Shown one piece after another: positions 1 through 8,606 of a stretch of DNA of 64,000 nucleotides. A program made the translations under genes and the position numbers. The notes below the pieces were generated by a model. It was given only the letters and a program-made list of their open reading frames with translations, did no database searches and was not told where the DNA came from. Within the stretch, counting starts at the first letter, position 1. Each line of letters begins with the position of its first letter. Origin of the DNA: an uncultured Gemmataceae bacterium (GTDB lineage Bacteria > Planctomycetota > Planctomycetia > Gemmatales > Gemmataceae); assembly GCA_963750165.1 (NCBI GenBank), contig CAVVPN010000011.1, positions 1,280,001 through 1,344,000 of the forward strand. Reading direction: 5' to 3'.

Positions 1-1011
1 GAGGCCGAGATCGGCTCGGGCTTTCAGCCGTGTACCCGCTACTCGCGCCGCTACCAGTTCCCGACACCCGAGGCGCCGCTACTGACCTTCCTGGACACGC
101 GCGGCGTCGATGAGCCGGGCTACGATCCCGTGGAGGACATCGCCCAGTTCAACGCCAGCGCTCACGTGGTCGTCGTCACCGCCAAGGTGATGGACCACGC
201 CCTGGAGAACGTGGTCAAGAACCTGCGTACCGTCCGCCACAGTGCCCCGGATCGGCCGGTGTTGCTGGTGCTGACATGTCTGCACGAGGCGTATCCGCAG
301 CAGCAGCACCCCGAGCCGTACCCCTTCACCGCCGAGCCGCCGCTGCCGACGACGCCGCCGCTGACCGAGGGGCTGCTCGCCAGCCTGGACGAACAGAAAC
401 GCCGCTTCGCGGGGCTGTACGACCGCCTGGTGCCGATTGACCTGACGCAGCCGATTGAGGGCTACACCCAGCCACACTACGGCGGCGAGTACCTGAAGCA
501 TGTGCTGCTGGAGGCGCTGCCGAGCGCTTACCGGCGGACGCTCATCACGCTGGATGAGGCGACCAAGAACTTGCAGGACCTGTACGCCCGCCATGCGCTG
601 CCGCACATCCTGGCGTACAGCAGCATTGCCGCCACGGCGGGCGCGATTCCGATCCCGTGGGTGGACATGCTGATCCTGCCCGGCATTCAGACGCGGATGA
701 TTTACCAGCTGGCACGGCACTATGGCCAGCCGCTGACCGGCGAGCGCTTTCTGGAGTTGGCGGGCACGCTGGGCATGGGCATGCTGGTGCGGCAGGCGGT
801 GCGCGGCGTGGTGAAGTTCATTCCGGTGGTCGGCTCCGTGGCCGGCGCGGCGCTGGCGGGCTCCAGCACGTATGCGCTGGGCCAGGCCTTCTGCTTCTAC
901 TACAGCGGCGTCAAGAAGGGTCATGTGCCGAACCCGGAAGACCTCAAACGCTATTACAAGGAACAGTTGGCCAAGGCGGAAGAACTTTGGAAAAAAGGAG
1001 GGAGTCATTAG
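1..1011 (+). CDS. GTPase with C-terminal YcjF/DUF697-like domain (5' end outside window)
   Basis: Frame open from base 1 (EAEIGSGFQPCTR...FLDTRG, G3-like). C-terminal AATAGAIPIPWVD...IQTRM and KFIPVVGSVAGA are typical of DUF697. Confidence 0.75.
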   Translation, partial: EAEIGSGFQPCTRYSRRYQFPTPEAPLLTFLDTRGVDEPGYDPVEDIAQFNASAHVVVVTAKVMDHALENVVKNLRTVRHSAPDRPVLLVLTCLHEAYPQQQHPEPYPFTAEPPLPTTPPLTEGLLASLDEQKRRFAGLYDRLVPIDLTQPIEGYTQPHYGGEYLKHVLLEALPSAYRRTLITLDEATKNLQDLYARHALPHILAYSSIAATAGAIPIPWVDMLILPGIQTRMIYQLARHYGQPLTGERFLELAGTLGMGMLVRQAVRGVVKFIPVVGSVAGAALAGSSTYALGQAFCFYYSGVKKGHVPNPEDLKRYYKEQLAKAEELWKKGGSH

Positions 1012-1196
1012 TCATTAGTCATTAGTCATTGGAGCGGTTCGCAGACGACTGTAGCGGTCGTGTCTTTCGCCCCTTCGGGGCGAAGAACCCGCCACACCCG
1101 AACGCAACGCGCTCAAGTCACGGAGCCGTGCGCTTAACCCGGCGACTGACTACCAATGACTAATGACGAATGACTAATGACTAATGACTAATGACG
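1003..1196. repeat. Inverted heptamer tandem arrays (AGTCATT x4 / AATGACK x6) enclosing a hairpin
   Basis: AGTCATT x4 at 1003-1030; AATGACT/G x6 at 1155-1196; internal TTCGCCCC-TTCG-GGGCGAA hairpin near 1066-1084. Confidence 0.95.
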
Positions 1197-2750
1197 AGAC
1201 ACTGGCGTCTGTTCGTGCTGGGCCTGCTGTTCGCCGCCCCGGTGCTGTTCCTGGTGGGCTACGGTTCCTACTCGGTGTGGCGCGACGGCAGGTCGTGGGT
1301 TTACTGGCCGATCACGCTCACCTTCGTCGGCGCCTACTTCCTGGCGTGGTACTGGCAGCGCAAGCAGCAGCTGGGGCTGCGCCTCGATTACACGCCACCC
1401 ATGCACTGGACCGACCGCGACAACAACGCCTGGAAACTCGTCGAGGCCCGCGCCAGGGCCGCCGACAAGATCGCCCCCGACAAGCTCACCGACTTTCAGT
1501 TCTACATCGACACCGCCAAGGAACTGGCCCAGGAACTGGCCGTGTTCTACCACCCCGGAGCCAGGGACCCCATCGGGGCGCTGACCATTCCCGAACTGCT
1601 GTCCGTGGTGGAGTTGGCGGCGCATGATTTGAACGAGATGGTGCAGCAGTACGTCCCGGCCGGGCACTTGATGCGCGTCAACGACTGGAAGCGCGCCCGC
1701 CAGCTTTCCGACTGGTACAACGTCGCCAACAACGCCTTCTGGATCGTTTCCAGCATCTTCGATCCGGTCAACACTGGTCTGCGGTTCCTCGCCTCGCGGG
1801 CCGGCGTGCAGATGCCCTTCCAGAAACTCCAGCAAAACATCATCCTGTGGTTCTACACCGCCTACGTCCACCGCATGGGCACCTACCTGATCGACCTGAA
1901 CAGCGGCCGGCTCAAGGTCGGTGCGACGCGCTACCGCCAGCTATTGCAGGCGAAGAAGCTGGCGGAGGAGGCGAAGGCCGCGGGCGTACCGCCGCCGGAG
2001 GGGGTGGACGCGGCCGAGGCGGTCCAGCGCGTGACGCTGACCTTCATGGGCCAGGTCAAGGCGGGCAAGTCGAGCCTCATCAACGCGCTGCTCGGCGAAC
2101 AGAAGGCGCGGACGCAGGTGACGCCGACGCCCAACAGTGCTGCCACCTACGAGCTGGACCTGCCCGGCATCGAGACGAAGTTGTTCCTGAACGACACCAC
2201 CGGCTACGGCAACGAGGGGCCGCGCAAGGACGATCTGGCGGAGACGCAGGAAATGGCCCAGCGCTCGGACGTGCTGCTGCTGGTGATGGGCGCCGTCGAT
2301 CCGGGCCGGCAGGCGGACCTGGAAATGCTCAAGGCGCTCAAGGGGTGGTTTGACTCGCGGCCCGATTTGAAGATGCCGCCGGTGCTGGGCGTGATGACGA
2401 AGGTTGACATGCTGTCGCCGATGATGGAGTGGCAGCCGCCGTATGACTGGCAGGCGCCGACGCGGAAAAAAGAGGAGCAGATGGCGCTGGCGATTCAGAC
2501 GGTGCGCGACCAGCTGGGCGATTACCTGGTCGGCGTGGTGCCGGTGTGTGCGCAGGAGGGCAAGGTCTACGGCGTCGAGGAGTGGCTGCTGCCGGCGTTG
2601 ACGAAGTTGCTCGACCAGGCCCATGCGGTGGCGCTGCTGCGCTGCCTGCGCGCCGAGGCGGACACCCACAAGATCCGCAAGGTGTTCGATCAGATTTTCG
2701 CGGCGGGCAAGCAGTCGGCGAAGATTGTGTGGGAGGCGGCGAAGAAGTGA
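1191..2750 (+). CDS. Membrane-anchored Era/MMR_HSR1-like GTPase
   Basis: Two N-terminal TM segments; G1 GQVKAGKS, G3 DTTG, G4 TKVD. Confidence 0.8.
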   Translation: MTRHWRLFVLGLLFAAPVLFLVGYGSYSVWRDGRSWVYWPITLTFVGAYFLAWYWQRKQQLGLRLDYTPPMHWTDRDNNAWKLVEARARAADKIAPDKLTDFQFYIDTAKELAQELAVFYHPGARDPIGALTIPELLSVVELAAHDLNEMVQQYVPAGHLMRVNDWKRARQLSDWYNVANNAFWIVSSIFDPVNTGLRFLASRAGVQMPFQKLQQNIILWFYTAYVHRMGTYLIDLNSGRLKVGATRYRQLLQAKKLAEEAKAAGVPPPEGVDAAEAVQRVTLTFMGQVKAGKSSLINALLGEQKARTQVTPTPNSAATYELDLPGIETKLFLNDTTGYGNEGPRKDDLAETQEMAQRSDVLLLVMGAVDPGRQADLEMLKALKGWFDSRPDLKMPPVLGVMTKVDMLSPMMEWQPPYDWQAPTRKKEEQMALAIQTVRDQLGDYLVGVVPVCAQEGKVYGVEEWLLPALTKLLDQAHAVALLRCLRAEADTHKIRKVFDQIFAAGKQSAKIVWEAAKK

Positions 2751-2753
2751 TGG

Positions 2754-2802
2754 TTTTGCCGCTTGCGGCGTAGCGGGGCGCGCTACGCCGCAAACGGCAG
2801 AA
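2754..2802. repeat. REP-like palindrome (TTYTGCCGCTTGCGGC family), also at 29141-29190
   Basis: 22-bp near-perfect inverted arms between convergent genes. Confidence 0.85.
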
Positions 2803-2807
2803 CAACA

Positions 2808-3815
2808 TTACACGCGCAGGCCGAACCGCCGGCGGTTGTCGTCCTCATCGTCGCGGCGTTTGCGGCTGTTGGACCAGTACACCGCCAGGGCCGCGGCCGT
2901 CGCCAGCTCCGGCGGCAGGTCCAGGCGCAACTCGGCGGCGCCGCCCAGGACGGCGGGGTCGGTGCGCTCGGCGATCAGCGGCGGCGTCTCATCCAGCGCC
3001 GCCGGGAGCCGCACGGGCGGCCGCAGCAGCACCCCCTCATCGAAGTGCCGCGGCGGCACCGGCACGGCCTCCTCCGGCGCGACGGCCTCGTGTGCCTCGG
3101 CGGGCCGGGCCGGCGTGACCGTCGGCTGGTCCAGCAGGGCGTCGAGGTCGTCTCCGGCCGCGGCGGGGTTGCCGTCCGGCGGCACCTCAGAATGGCCGCC
3201 GCCGATGAAGTTCGCCACCAGGATTTCCAGGTCCGCCAGCGTCAGCGGCCCTTCTTGTGGCGTGATGCTGGCTCCCTGGAGCACCGGCGGCAGGTTGTTC
3301 TGCGCGTCCAGCACAACGGGCTGCGAGGCGTCACTGTTCGCGAGCGCCGGCACCAGGCCGAGCTGCGGCGACGTGAAGGACGCCGGCAGCGTGAACGCCA
3401 CGGGCGCGAGGCTGCCGGTGACGCCGCCGGGCAGCTGGCTGTTGAGCACCGCGGCGGCGCCCGGCTGGCCCGGCGTCAAGGTCGCTGGCGTCGTCGGGGT
3501 TGTGCTCAGCCTGCTATTGAGGGCCGCAGTGCTGGAGCCGAACGACGGGGTGAGGACCGGATCCTGCGAGCCGCTCACGGCGGCCCGTGTCGCGGCGGCC
3601 GTGTTCGCGGCAGCAGTGCTGGCGGCCGTGGTCACCGGCTGGGTCGCCAGGGACTGGCTCAGCGCCGGCAGCGCCGGCGCGGTCATCGATCCCAGGTTCA
3701 GCAGGGCGTTGACGGACGCTCCCGAGACGGCGGGTGCGTTGCGGGTCTCCAGTTCCTCGAGCCACGGGATGCGGCGCCCGCGGCGAACGGTCGGACGGCG
3801 GTCGAACCGGATCAT
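2808..3815 (-). CDS. LEPR-XLL-type (planctomycete extracellular) low-complexity protein
   Basis: Arg-rich N-terminus then LEELETRNAPA; Ser/Thr/Ala/Pro-rich body; C-terminal short hydrophobic stretch plus basic tail. Start chosen by homology with the neighbour (MIRFD). Confidence 0.7.
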   Translation of the reverse strand: MIRFDRRPTVRRGRRIPWLEELETRNAPAVSGASVNALLNLGSMTAPALPALSQSLATQPVTTAASTAAANTAAATRAAVSGSQDPVLTPSFGSSTAALNSRLSTTPTTPATLTPGQPGAAAVLNSQLPGGVTGSLAPVAFTLPASFTSPQLGLVPALANSDASQPVVLDAQNNLPPVLQGASITPQEGPLTLADLEILVANFIGGGHSEVPPDGNPAAAGDDLDALLDQPTVTPARPAEAHEAVAPEEAVPVPPRHFDEGVLLRPPVRLPAALDETPPLIAERTDPAVLGGAAELRLDLPPELATAAALAVYWSNSRKRRDDEDDNRRRFGLRV

Positions 3816-3988
3816 GAAACTGCTCCTCCGACGGGGGATGAGATGAGTGCGCCAGTGTCCACCAGGGCACCGGTATACGGGCAATCGGCTTCCTGCGCGG
3901 GCGAGATTCATTTAATACGATCTCATCCGGAACGTCCAAACGCAAGCGCGAAAACGCAGAAAGCCGGCGGTGTGCGGTAGACGCGGAC

Positions 3989-4026
3989 AAAAAAACCCCG
4001 CGGCCGCATCGCGCGGCCGCGGGGTT
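3989..4026 (-). terminator. Rho-independent terminator
   Basis: AACCCCGCGGCCGC/GCGGCCGCGGGGTT stem followed by a U-tract on the minus strand. Confidence 0.8.
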
Positions 4027-4059
4027 CTCGGGGGCACCTGGCTCGCACGGGAACCGAAC

Positions 4060-4802
4060 CTATTCCTGCTCCGGCGTGGTCGGGGACTGCGGCGCCGCCG
4101 CTGCCGCCACCTGCGCCACCATCGCCTCCTGATCCTGGTCCTGACCGTCCGCGAGGAACGGGCTCGGCGACGGCCGGGCGGCGTTCCGGGCGCGGGCTGC
4201 TGCTCGACGTGACCGCCGCCGACGAAGTTCGCGGTCAACCGTTGCAGGTCGGCCAGCGTGGGCGGCCCCGACAGCGGCACGATGCTCGAGCCCTGCAAAA
4301 TCGGCGGCAACGAATTCTGGTAATTCAGCCCGATGACCGGCGTCGAGTTGCTCTGCACGACCGCCTCCACCAGGCCGTTCTGCGTCGGCAGGATGGTGGT
4401 CAGTGCGGAGGCCCCCGCCGTCCCCGCCAGCGCCAGCGTGCCAACGGCCAACGACGGCGCCGTCGTCGAGGTGCCGGTGACGATAGTCGGTGTGCCGGCG
4501 CCGGCCCCGGGGTTGGCGAAGCCTCCGGGCGGGGTGCCCAGGGTGATGCCGGACTTCAACGCCTGGGCGATGGGGGTGGAACTCGTGGTCACTGCTTCGA
4601 CGCTCTCAGGCTTGGCATCGGCAACAAGGGGTTGCACCACTGGGGCCGATGTCGTCGGCGGGCTCAGCGCCAACGGCCCGACAAAGCCCAGGGTGGCCGG
4701 GGCGTAGCGGTTTTCCAGTTCCTCCACCCACAGGACGCGGCGCCAGAGGGCACGCGTCGAACTGCGGTGGGGGGCGAACAGGCGGTGATCGAAGCGGATC
4801 AT
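4060..4802 (-). CDS. LEPR-XLL-type protein, paralog of 2808-3815 (frameshift near 4185)
   Basis: MIRFD start and VEELENRYAPA. The alternative frame ends PSPFLADGQDQDQEAMVAQ...PEQE* at 4060, just before the terminator. Confidence 0.7.
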
Positions 4803-5024
4803 GGTAACACCTCCCCCGAAACGGACGGCTCAACTGTACGATGTTCGGAAAGCCACTGGAAAGTCAGGCTCTCGGCCTCCTGCACGAGGTAAGCGATCTG
4901 CCTTTATTTTTGCACATCCTGTGCCCGAAAACCAGAGTAATCGGAAAAATTGAACCCCGTTGCCGGTTCGCGCAGTCTGCTACCCGTGCGAATGGCAACG
5001 AGGTTCTCCCATTTCGACGGCTCG

Positions 5025-5426
5025 TTACCGGGCAAGGGCGCCCTGTTGCTCCGCCTCTTCTTGCTCGATCTTGCGGGCGCAGGCGATGCAGTGTCGGGTG
5101 AACGGCAGCGCCTGGAGTCGCTCCAGGCCGATGTGTTGATGGCAGCGCTCGCACTGGCCGTAAGTGCCTTCGTCCAGGCGGCCAACGGCCGCGGCGATCT
5201 CCTCCAGCGTGCGCGTTTTGTTCTCCAGGAAACTGAGCGACAGCTCCTGTTCGTAATGGTCGGTGCCCAGGTCGGCCAGGTGCATGGGCGTGCGCGACAG
5301 GCCGCCGCTGGCGTCGCCGCCGGTGGCCTGCAGCGCCTCCTGGGCCAGGCTGGTTACCTCGCCGTTGAGCCGCCGGCTCAGATTGAGCAACTGGTTGCGA
5401 AAGTTTTCCAGATCGTGGTGGGTCAC
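5025..5426 (-). CDS. TraR/DksA C4-type zinc finger protein
   Basis: PMHLADLGTD, GTYGQCERC...ERLQALPFTRHCIAC. Confidence 0.9.
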   Translation of the reverse strand: MTHHDLENFRNQLLNLSRRLNGEVTSLAQEALQATGGDASGGLSRTPMHLADLGTDHYEQELSLSFLENKTRTLEEIAAAVGRLDEGTYGQCERCHQHIGLERLQALPFTRHCIACARKIEQEEAEQQGALAR

Positions 5427-5492
5427 GTGGGGTTCTCCTCGTCCGTCCGCGGGGCCAGGTGTGCGGTTTTGGCCTCCGTGGTAAAAAAATGG

Positions 5493-5930
5493 TCACGCCG
5501 GGCGTTCTGGATCACTGCCGATGGTACTGTCGCCGCGATGATCGCCGCCCGGGGCGATGCCCTTGTGGATGTTGTCGCCGGAGGCCCGCAGGCCCGCAGG
5601 CGTACCGCCCACCGCGCCCCCGGAGGGGCCGCCCAGCGGCAGGTCGAGCGGTAGATCGTCCTCTTCTTCTGCGTCCTGCGCGTTGTCGTGAATGCCGGAC
5701 CCCAGGGCGCGTTCCAGGTCGGCGTTGTCGGGGTCGCCATCGCCGACGTTGGTGCCGGCCAAACCGCCGACGGACGAACCACCGCCCGGCGTCCCCGCCG
5801 CGTAGGGGTCGCCGGCATCCCGGCGTTGCCCGAAGCGGTCGGGCTCCGCGGCTGCCAAATCGGTCATGTTGATCTCCACGGGCCGGTCCTGAGGGCCGCC
5901 GGTGGCAGGATCGCGCTGTTTTCTGGCCAT
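5493..5930 (-). CDS. Hypothetical acidic Gly-rich protein
   Basis: RBS GGAGAG; Gly/Asp-rich; repeated GGxxVGG motif; upstream of the dksA-like gene. Confidence 0.65.
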   Translation of the reverse strand: MARKQRDPATGGPQDRPVEINMTDLAAAEPDRFGQRRDAGDPYAAGTPGGGSSVGGLAGTNVGDGDPDNADLERALGSGIHDNAQDAEEEDDLPLDLPLGGPSGGAVGGTPAGLRASGDNIHKGIAPGGDHRGDSTIGSDPERPA

Positions 5931-6023
5931 GCCTCGCTCTCCACCAATCGGGTTGACACTGCCGCGCGGAGACGGGCCTGCAGGCTCGCGCGGCAGGATG
6001 AAGGGGACGTGCGATGAATGTTA

Positions 6024-6039
6024 TGCAAATAAGATGCCG
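6024..6039 (-). promoter_or_regulatory. Sigma54 (-24/-12) promoter
   Basis: Minus strand CGGCAT-CTTAT-TTGCA, giving GG-N10-GC. Confidence 0.65.
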
Positions 6040-6077
6040 CGGGAACGGCGGCCGGGGCGAGAAAAGAACGGAAGGGT

Positions 6078-6137
6078 GTAGCGGAAGTCGCCAGACTTCC
6101 GAGCACCGCTGTTCGGAAGTCTGGCGGCTTCCGCTAC
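6078..6137. repeat. GTAG-type REPIN
   Basis: GTAGCGGAAGTCGCCAGACTTCCG...CGGAAGTCTGGCGGCTTCCGCTAC. Confidence 0.85.
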
Positions 6138-6157
6138 CCCTGAGAGAACCTCGCGCG

Positions 6158-7633
6158 CTACCCCTTCAACAGCGCCTTCATGTGCCGCCTGTATGCCTCG
6201 ACGCCGGGCTGGCCATAGGGGTTGACGCCCAGCAGGCGGCCCTCAACAACGGTCGCGAGCATCAGCATTTGCAGGAGCTGGCCCATCGTGTGCTCCGACA
6301 GCGCCGGCAACACCAGGTCGGCGGTCGGCCGGGCCATGTCGTCATAGGCCTGGTTGGTGCCGCGGTGGGCCGCCTCCATCAGGTCGGGCAGTCCCTTGCG
6401 ACTGTAGACGTTCAGGTCATCGGCGTTGTTGTCCGCCATGCCGACCATGATGGGCGGCATCCGGCAGGTCTTGACAATCAGGTTGTTGATGAGTCGGTCA
6501 CGCGGCCCGTCCTGGTGCTGCTGGCCGCGCGTATGCAGGTCGCGCGTCTCGACGGCCGTCAGCGGTGTCGGGCCCTGGCCCTGCTTGCCCAGGCTCTCGG
6601 ACAGCAGCTGGTCGTACCACAGGCCCAGCCCCTCCAGCTTCTTCGACCACACCGACAGCACGCGGATCGGCTTATGGAGCTGCGTCGCCATGAGGTAGTT
6701 AACGCCGGCGTACTGCAGCACCGGGTTGCGCTCGAACGGCTCCTCCAGGAAGCGGCGCGCCATCGACGCCGCACCCAGCAGCAGCGCCCGCACGTCCAGG
6801 CCGAGCACCGCCGCGGGCAGCAGTCCGGCCGGTGTGAACACGGCGAAGCGGCCGCCCACGCCGTCCGGAATGGTCAGGATGTCCTCGGCGGGGTAGCCGT
6901 CCGCGATGCACAGATCGCGCAGCAGGCTGACCGGGCCGGTCACCGGCACCACCAGCTGGTGCAGTCGCTCGGAGTGCAGACCGTAATACTCTTTCAACTC
7001 GCGGCGGAAGGCGCGGAAGGCGGCGGCCATCTCCAGGGTGCCGCCCGACTTGCTGACGACGATCAAGCCCCAGCGTTCCTCGCGCAGTTCCGGGTCCACG
7101 CAGGTCGTCTGCAACAGGTCGAGCAGTTCCTGCAGGGCGTCGTTGTCGAGGTTGTTGCCCGCGAAATAGAGGCGTGGTACGCCGAGGCGGGCGTCGGGCG
7201 GCAGTTCATTGTGGTAGCCGCTGCGCAGGGCCTCGAACAGGGTGCGGGCGCCCAGGGAGGAGCCGCCGATGCCGAGAACGACAACGCGGTCGGTTTCGTT
7301 CTTGAGCTTCTCGGCCTGGGCCAGAACGCGGCCGAGGACGCTGGTTTCGCCCTGGCGGCGGTGCTGATCGAGGGTCTTCTGCGGCAGGTCGATGAAGCCG
7401 GCTTCGAGCGGTTGCATCTCCGGCGGCACCTGCTTGAGGTCGCGCTCGGCGGCGACCTGGCTGCGCACCTGCAACAGTCGCGGCGTCAGTTCCTTGAGGA
7501 GGTGGGCCGGCAGGTAGTGGCGGGCGCGCAATTCCGCGACGGTGGTCCACTCCTCCACCGCCGGCACCAGCAGCGACTGATACTGGTAGCTGATGGCCTC
7601 GTCGGGTAACTGCATGGTCATGGCCGAGCCCAC
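6158..7633 (-). CDS. pgi: Glucose-6-phosphate isomerase
   Basis: GIGGSSLG, SKSGGTLE, VGGRFAV, ESLGK, QPGVEAY motifs. Confidence 0.9.
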   Translation of the reverse strand: MGSAMTMQLPDEAISYQYQSLLVPAVEEWTTVAELRARHYLPAHLLKELTPRLLQVRSQVAAERDLKQVPPEMQPLEAGFIDLPQKTLDQHRRQGETSVLGRVLAQAEKLKNETDRVVVLGIGGSSLGARTLFEALRSGYHNELPPDARLGVPRLYFAGNNLDNDALQELLDLLQTTCVDPELREERWGLIVVSKSGGTLEMAAAFRAFRRELKEYYGLHSERLHQLVVPVTGPVSLLRDLCIADGYPAEDILTIPDGVGGRFAVFTPAGLLPAAVLGLDVRALLLGAASMARRFLEEPFERNPVLQYAGVNYLMATQLHKPIRVLSVWSKKLEGLGLWYDQLLSESLGKQGQGPTPLTAVETRDLHTRGQQHQDGPRDRLINNLIVKTCRMPPIMVGMADNNADDLNVYSRKGLPDLMEAAHRGTNQAYDDMARPTADLVLPALSEHTMGQLLQMLMLATVVEGRLLGVNPYGQPGVEAYRRHMKALLKG

Positions 7634-7789
7634 TTTCGTTGCGGTTCAACCGTTCGGCGTGCGCTGGAAGGGAAAGTCGCCGGCCGAGCCAGTGGGCGCG
7701 GCACGGTCGTTGGCGTCATCTCTACTGTACTGGACTCACCCGACCCGGTAAACTCCTGCACCACACAATCGTGAGGGCCTGCTTTCCGA

Positions 7790-7975
7790 AGCCAGCCAGC
7801 GCGATCCGACCGCAGCTACGCCCGCGCCGCGGCCACATCCTTGAGGTACGCCTCAAGGAAGGCAATGCTGGCGATCTTGACGAGGTCGGTCATCTCCTGC
7901 GGCGCAAGGCGGGCGCCGTAGGTGAGGTGGTGGGTCCTTCAATAAATAGCTCATACTTGTTCCCAGCGGTGGCCC
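7790..7975 (-). pseudogene. Degraded C-terminal fragment of an alpha/beta hydrolase
   Basis: Minus strand reads AGNKYELFIEG, then after a frameshift HHLTYGARLAPQEMTDLVKIASIAFLEAYLKDVAAARA*LRSD; no N-terminus. Confidence 0.45.
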
Positions 7976-8199
7976 ATGACACCGAAAACGATGGCGGGAA
8001 TGCAATTATCACGCGACGACGAGCGGGAAATGATTAACGCGCCAACATTCAACGTGCAGGAGGAACCCTATGTGGCACGTCGTTCTGGATGAGGCCACGC
8101 TGTCCAAACTCAGTAGATTCCAGTTGGCTCGTGGTATAGTTTCCAGACCTGGCGCGGTTCGCAGTCGCGTGGACCACAAACGGCAGGCCGGCGCTGCCA

Positions 8200-8258
8200 G
8201 GCGCCGCATCTCGACGTATGAAAAAGTTGGCCCCCTTGGCCTCCTTGGCCCCCTTGCT
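8200..8258. repeat. Dispersed element copy 1 (32-nt core + 9-nt-period TTGGC boxes)
   Basis: GGCGCCGCATCTCGACGTATGAAAAAGTTGGC is identical to 49656-49687. Confidence 0.9.
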
Positions 8259-8387
8259 GCGACAGCGCAGGCCCCTGCTGGTCAAGCTGTGCCCGCCGTC
8301 CCACCCCGTGCGCGATCCGCGTGCGAACCGCTCCAGGTCATTCATACAGTGAGTATTTGCGCCGGGTGTCATGCTTTCGCGACCTTG

Positions 8388-8484
8388 GAGGCGCCGAACA
8401 ACAACTTCGTAGGACGGCTCTCCAGAGCCGTCCCGACGGCTCTGGAGAGCCGTCCTACTCTTGGAAGTTGTTGTTCGGCGCCTC
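8388..8484. mobile_element. MITE with 21-bp TIRs carrying a GTAG REPIN (copy 1)
   Basis: TIR GAGGCGCCGAACAACAACTTC; CCTTG direct repeat on both flanks; second copy at 47730-47804. Confidence 0.85.
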
Positions 8485-8606
8485 CCTTGTAAACCGACCA
8501 TCCTTCTGACGCTGACCAGGCCGCGAAAGCATGGCACCCAACACCCACGTGATCGAGCCCACCCGAGACCGCCGCTTGCAGGGGGTTCAAGCGGGGCGGC
8601 CCGCCT

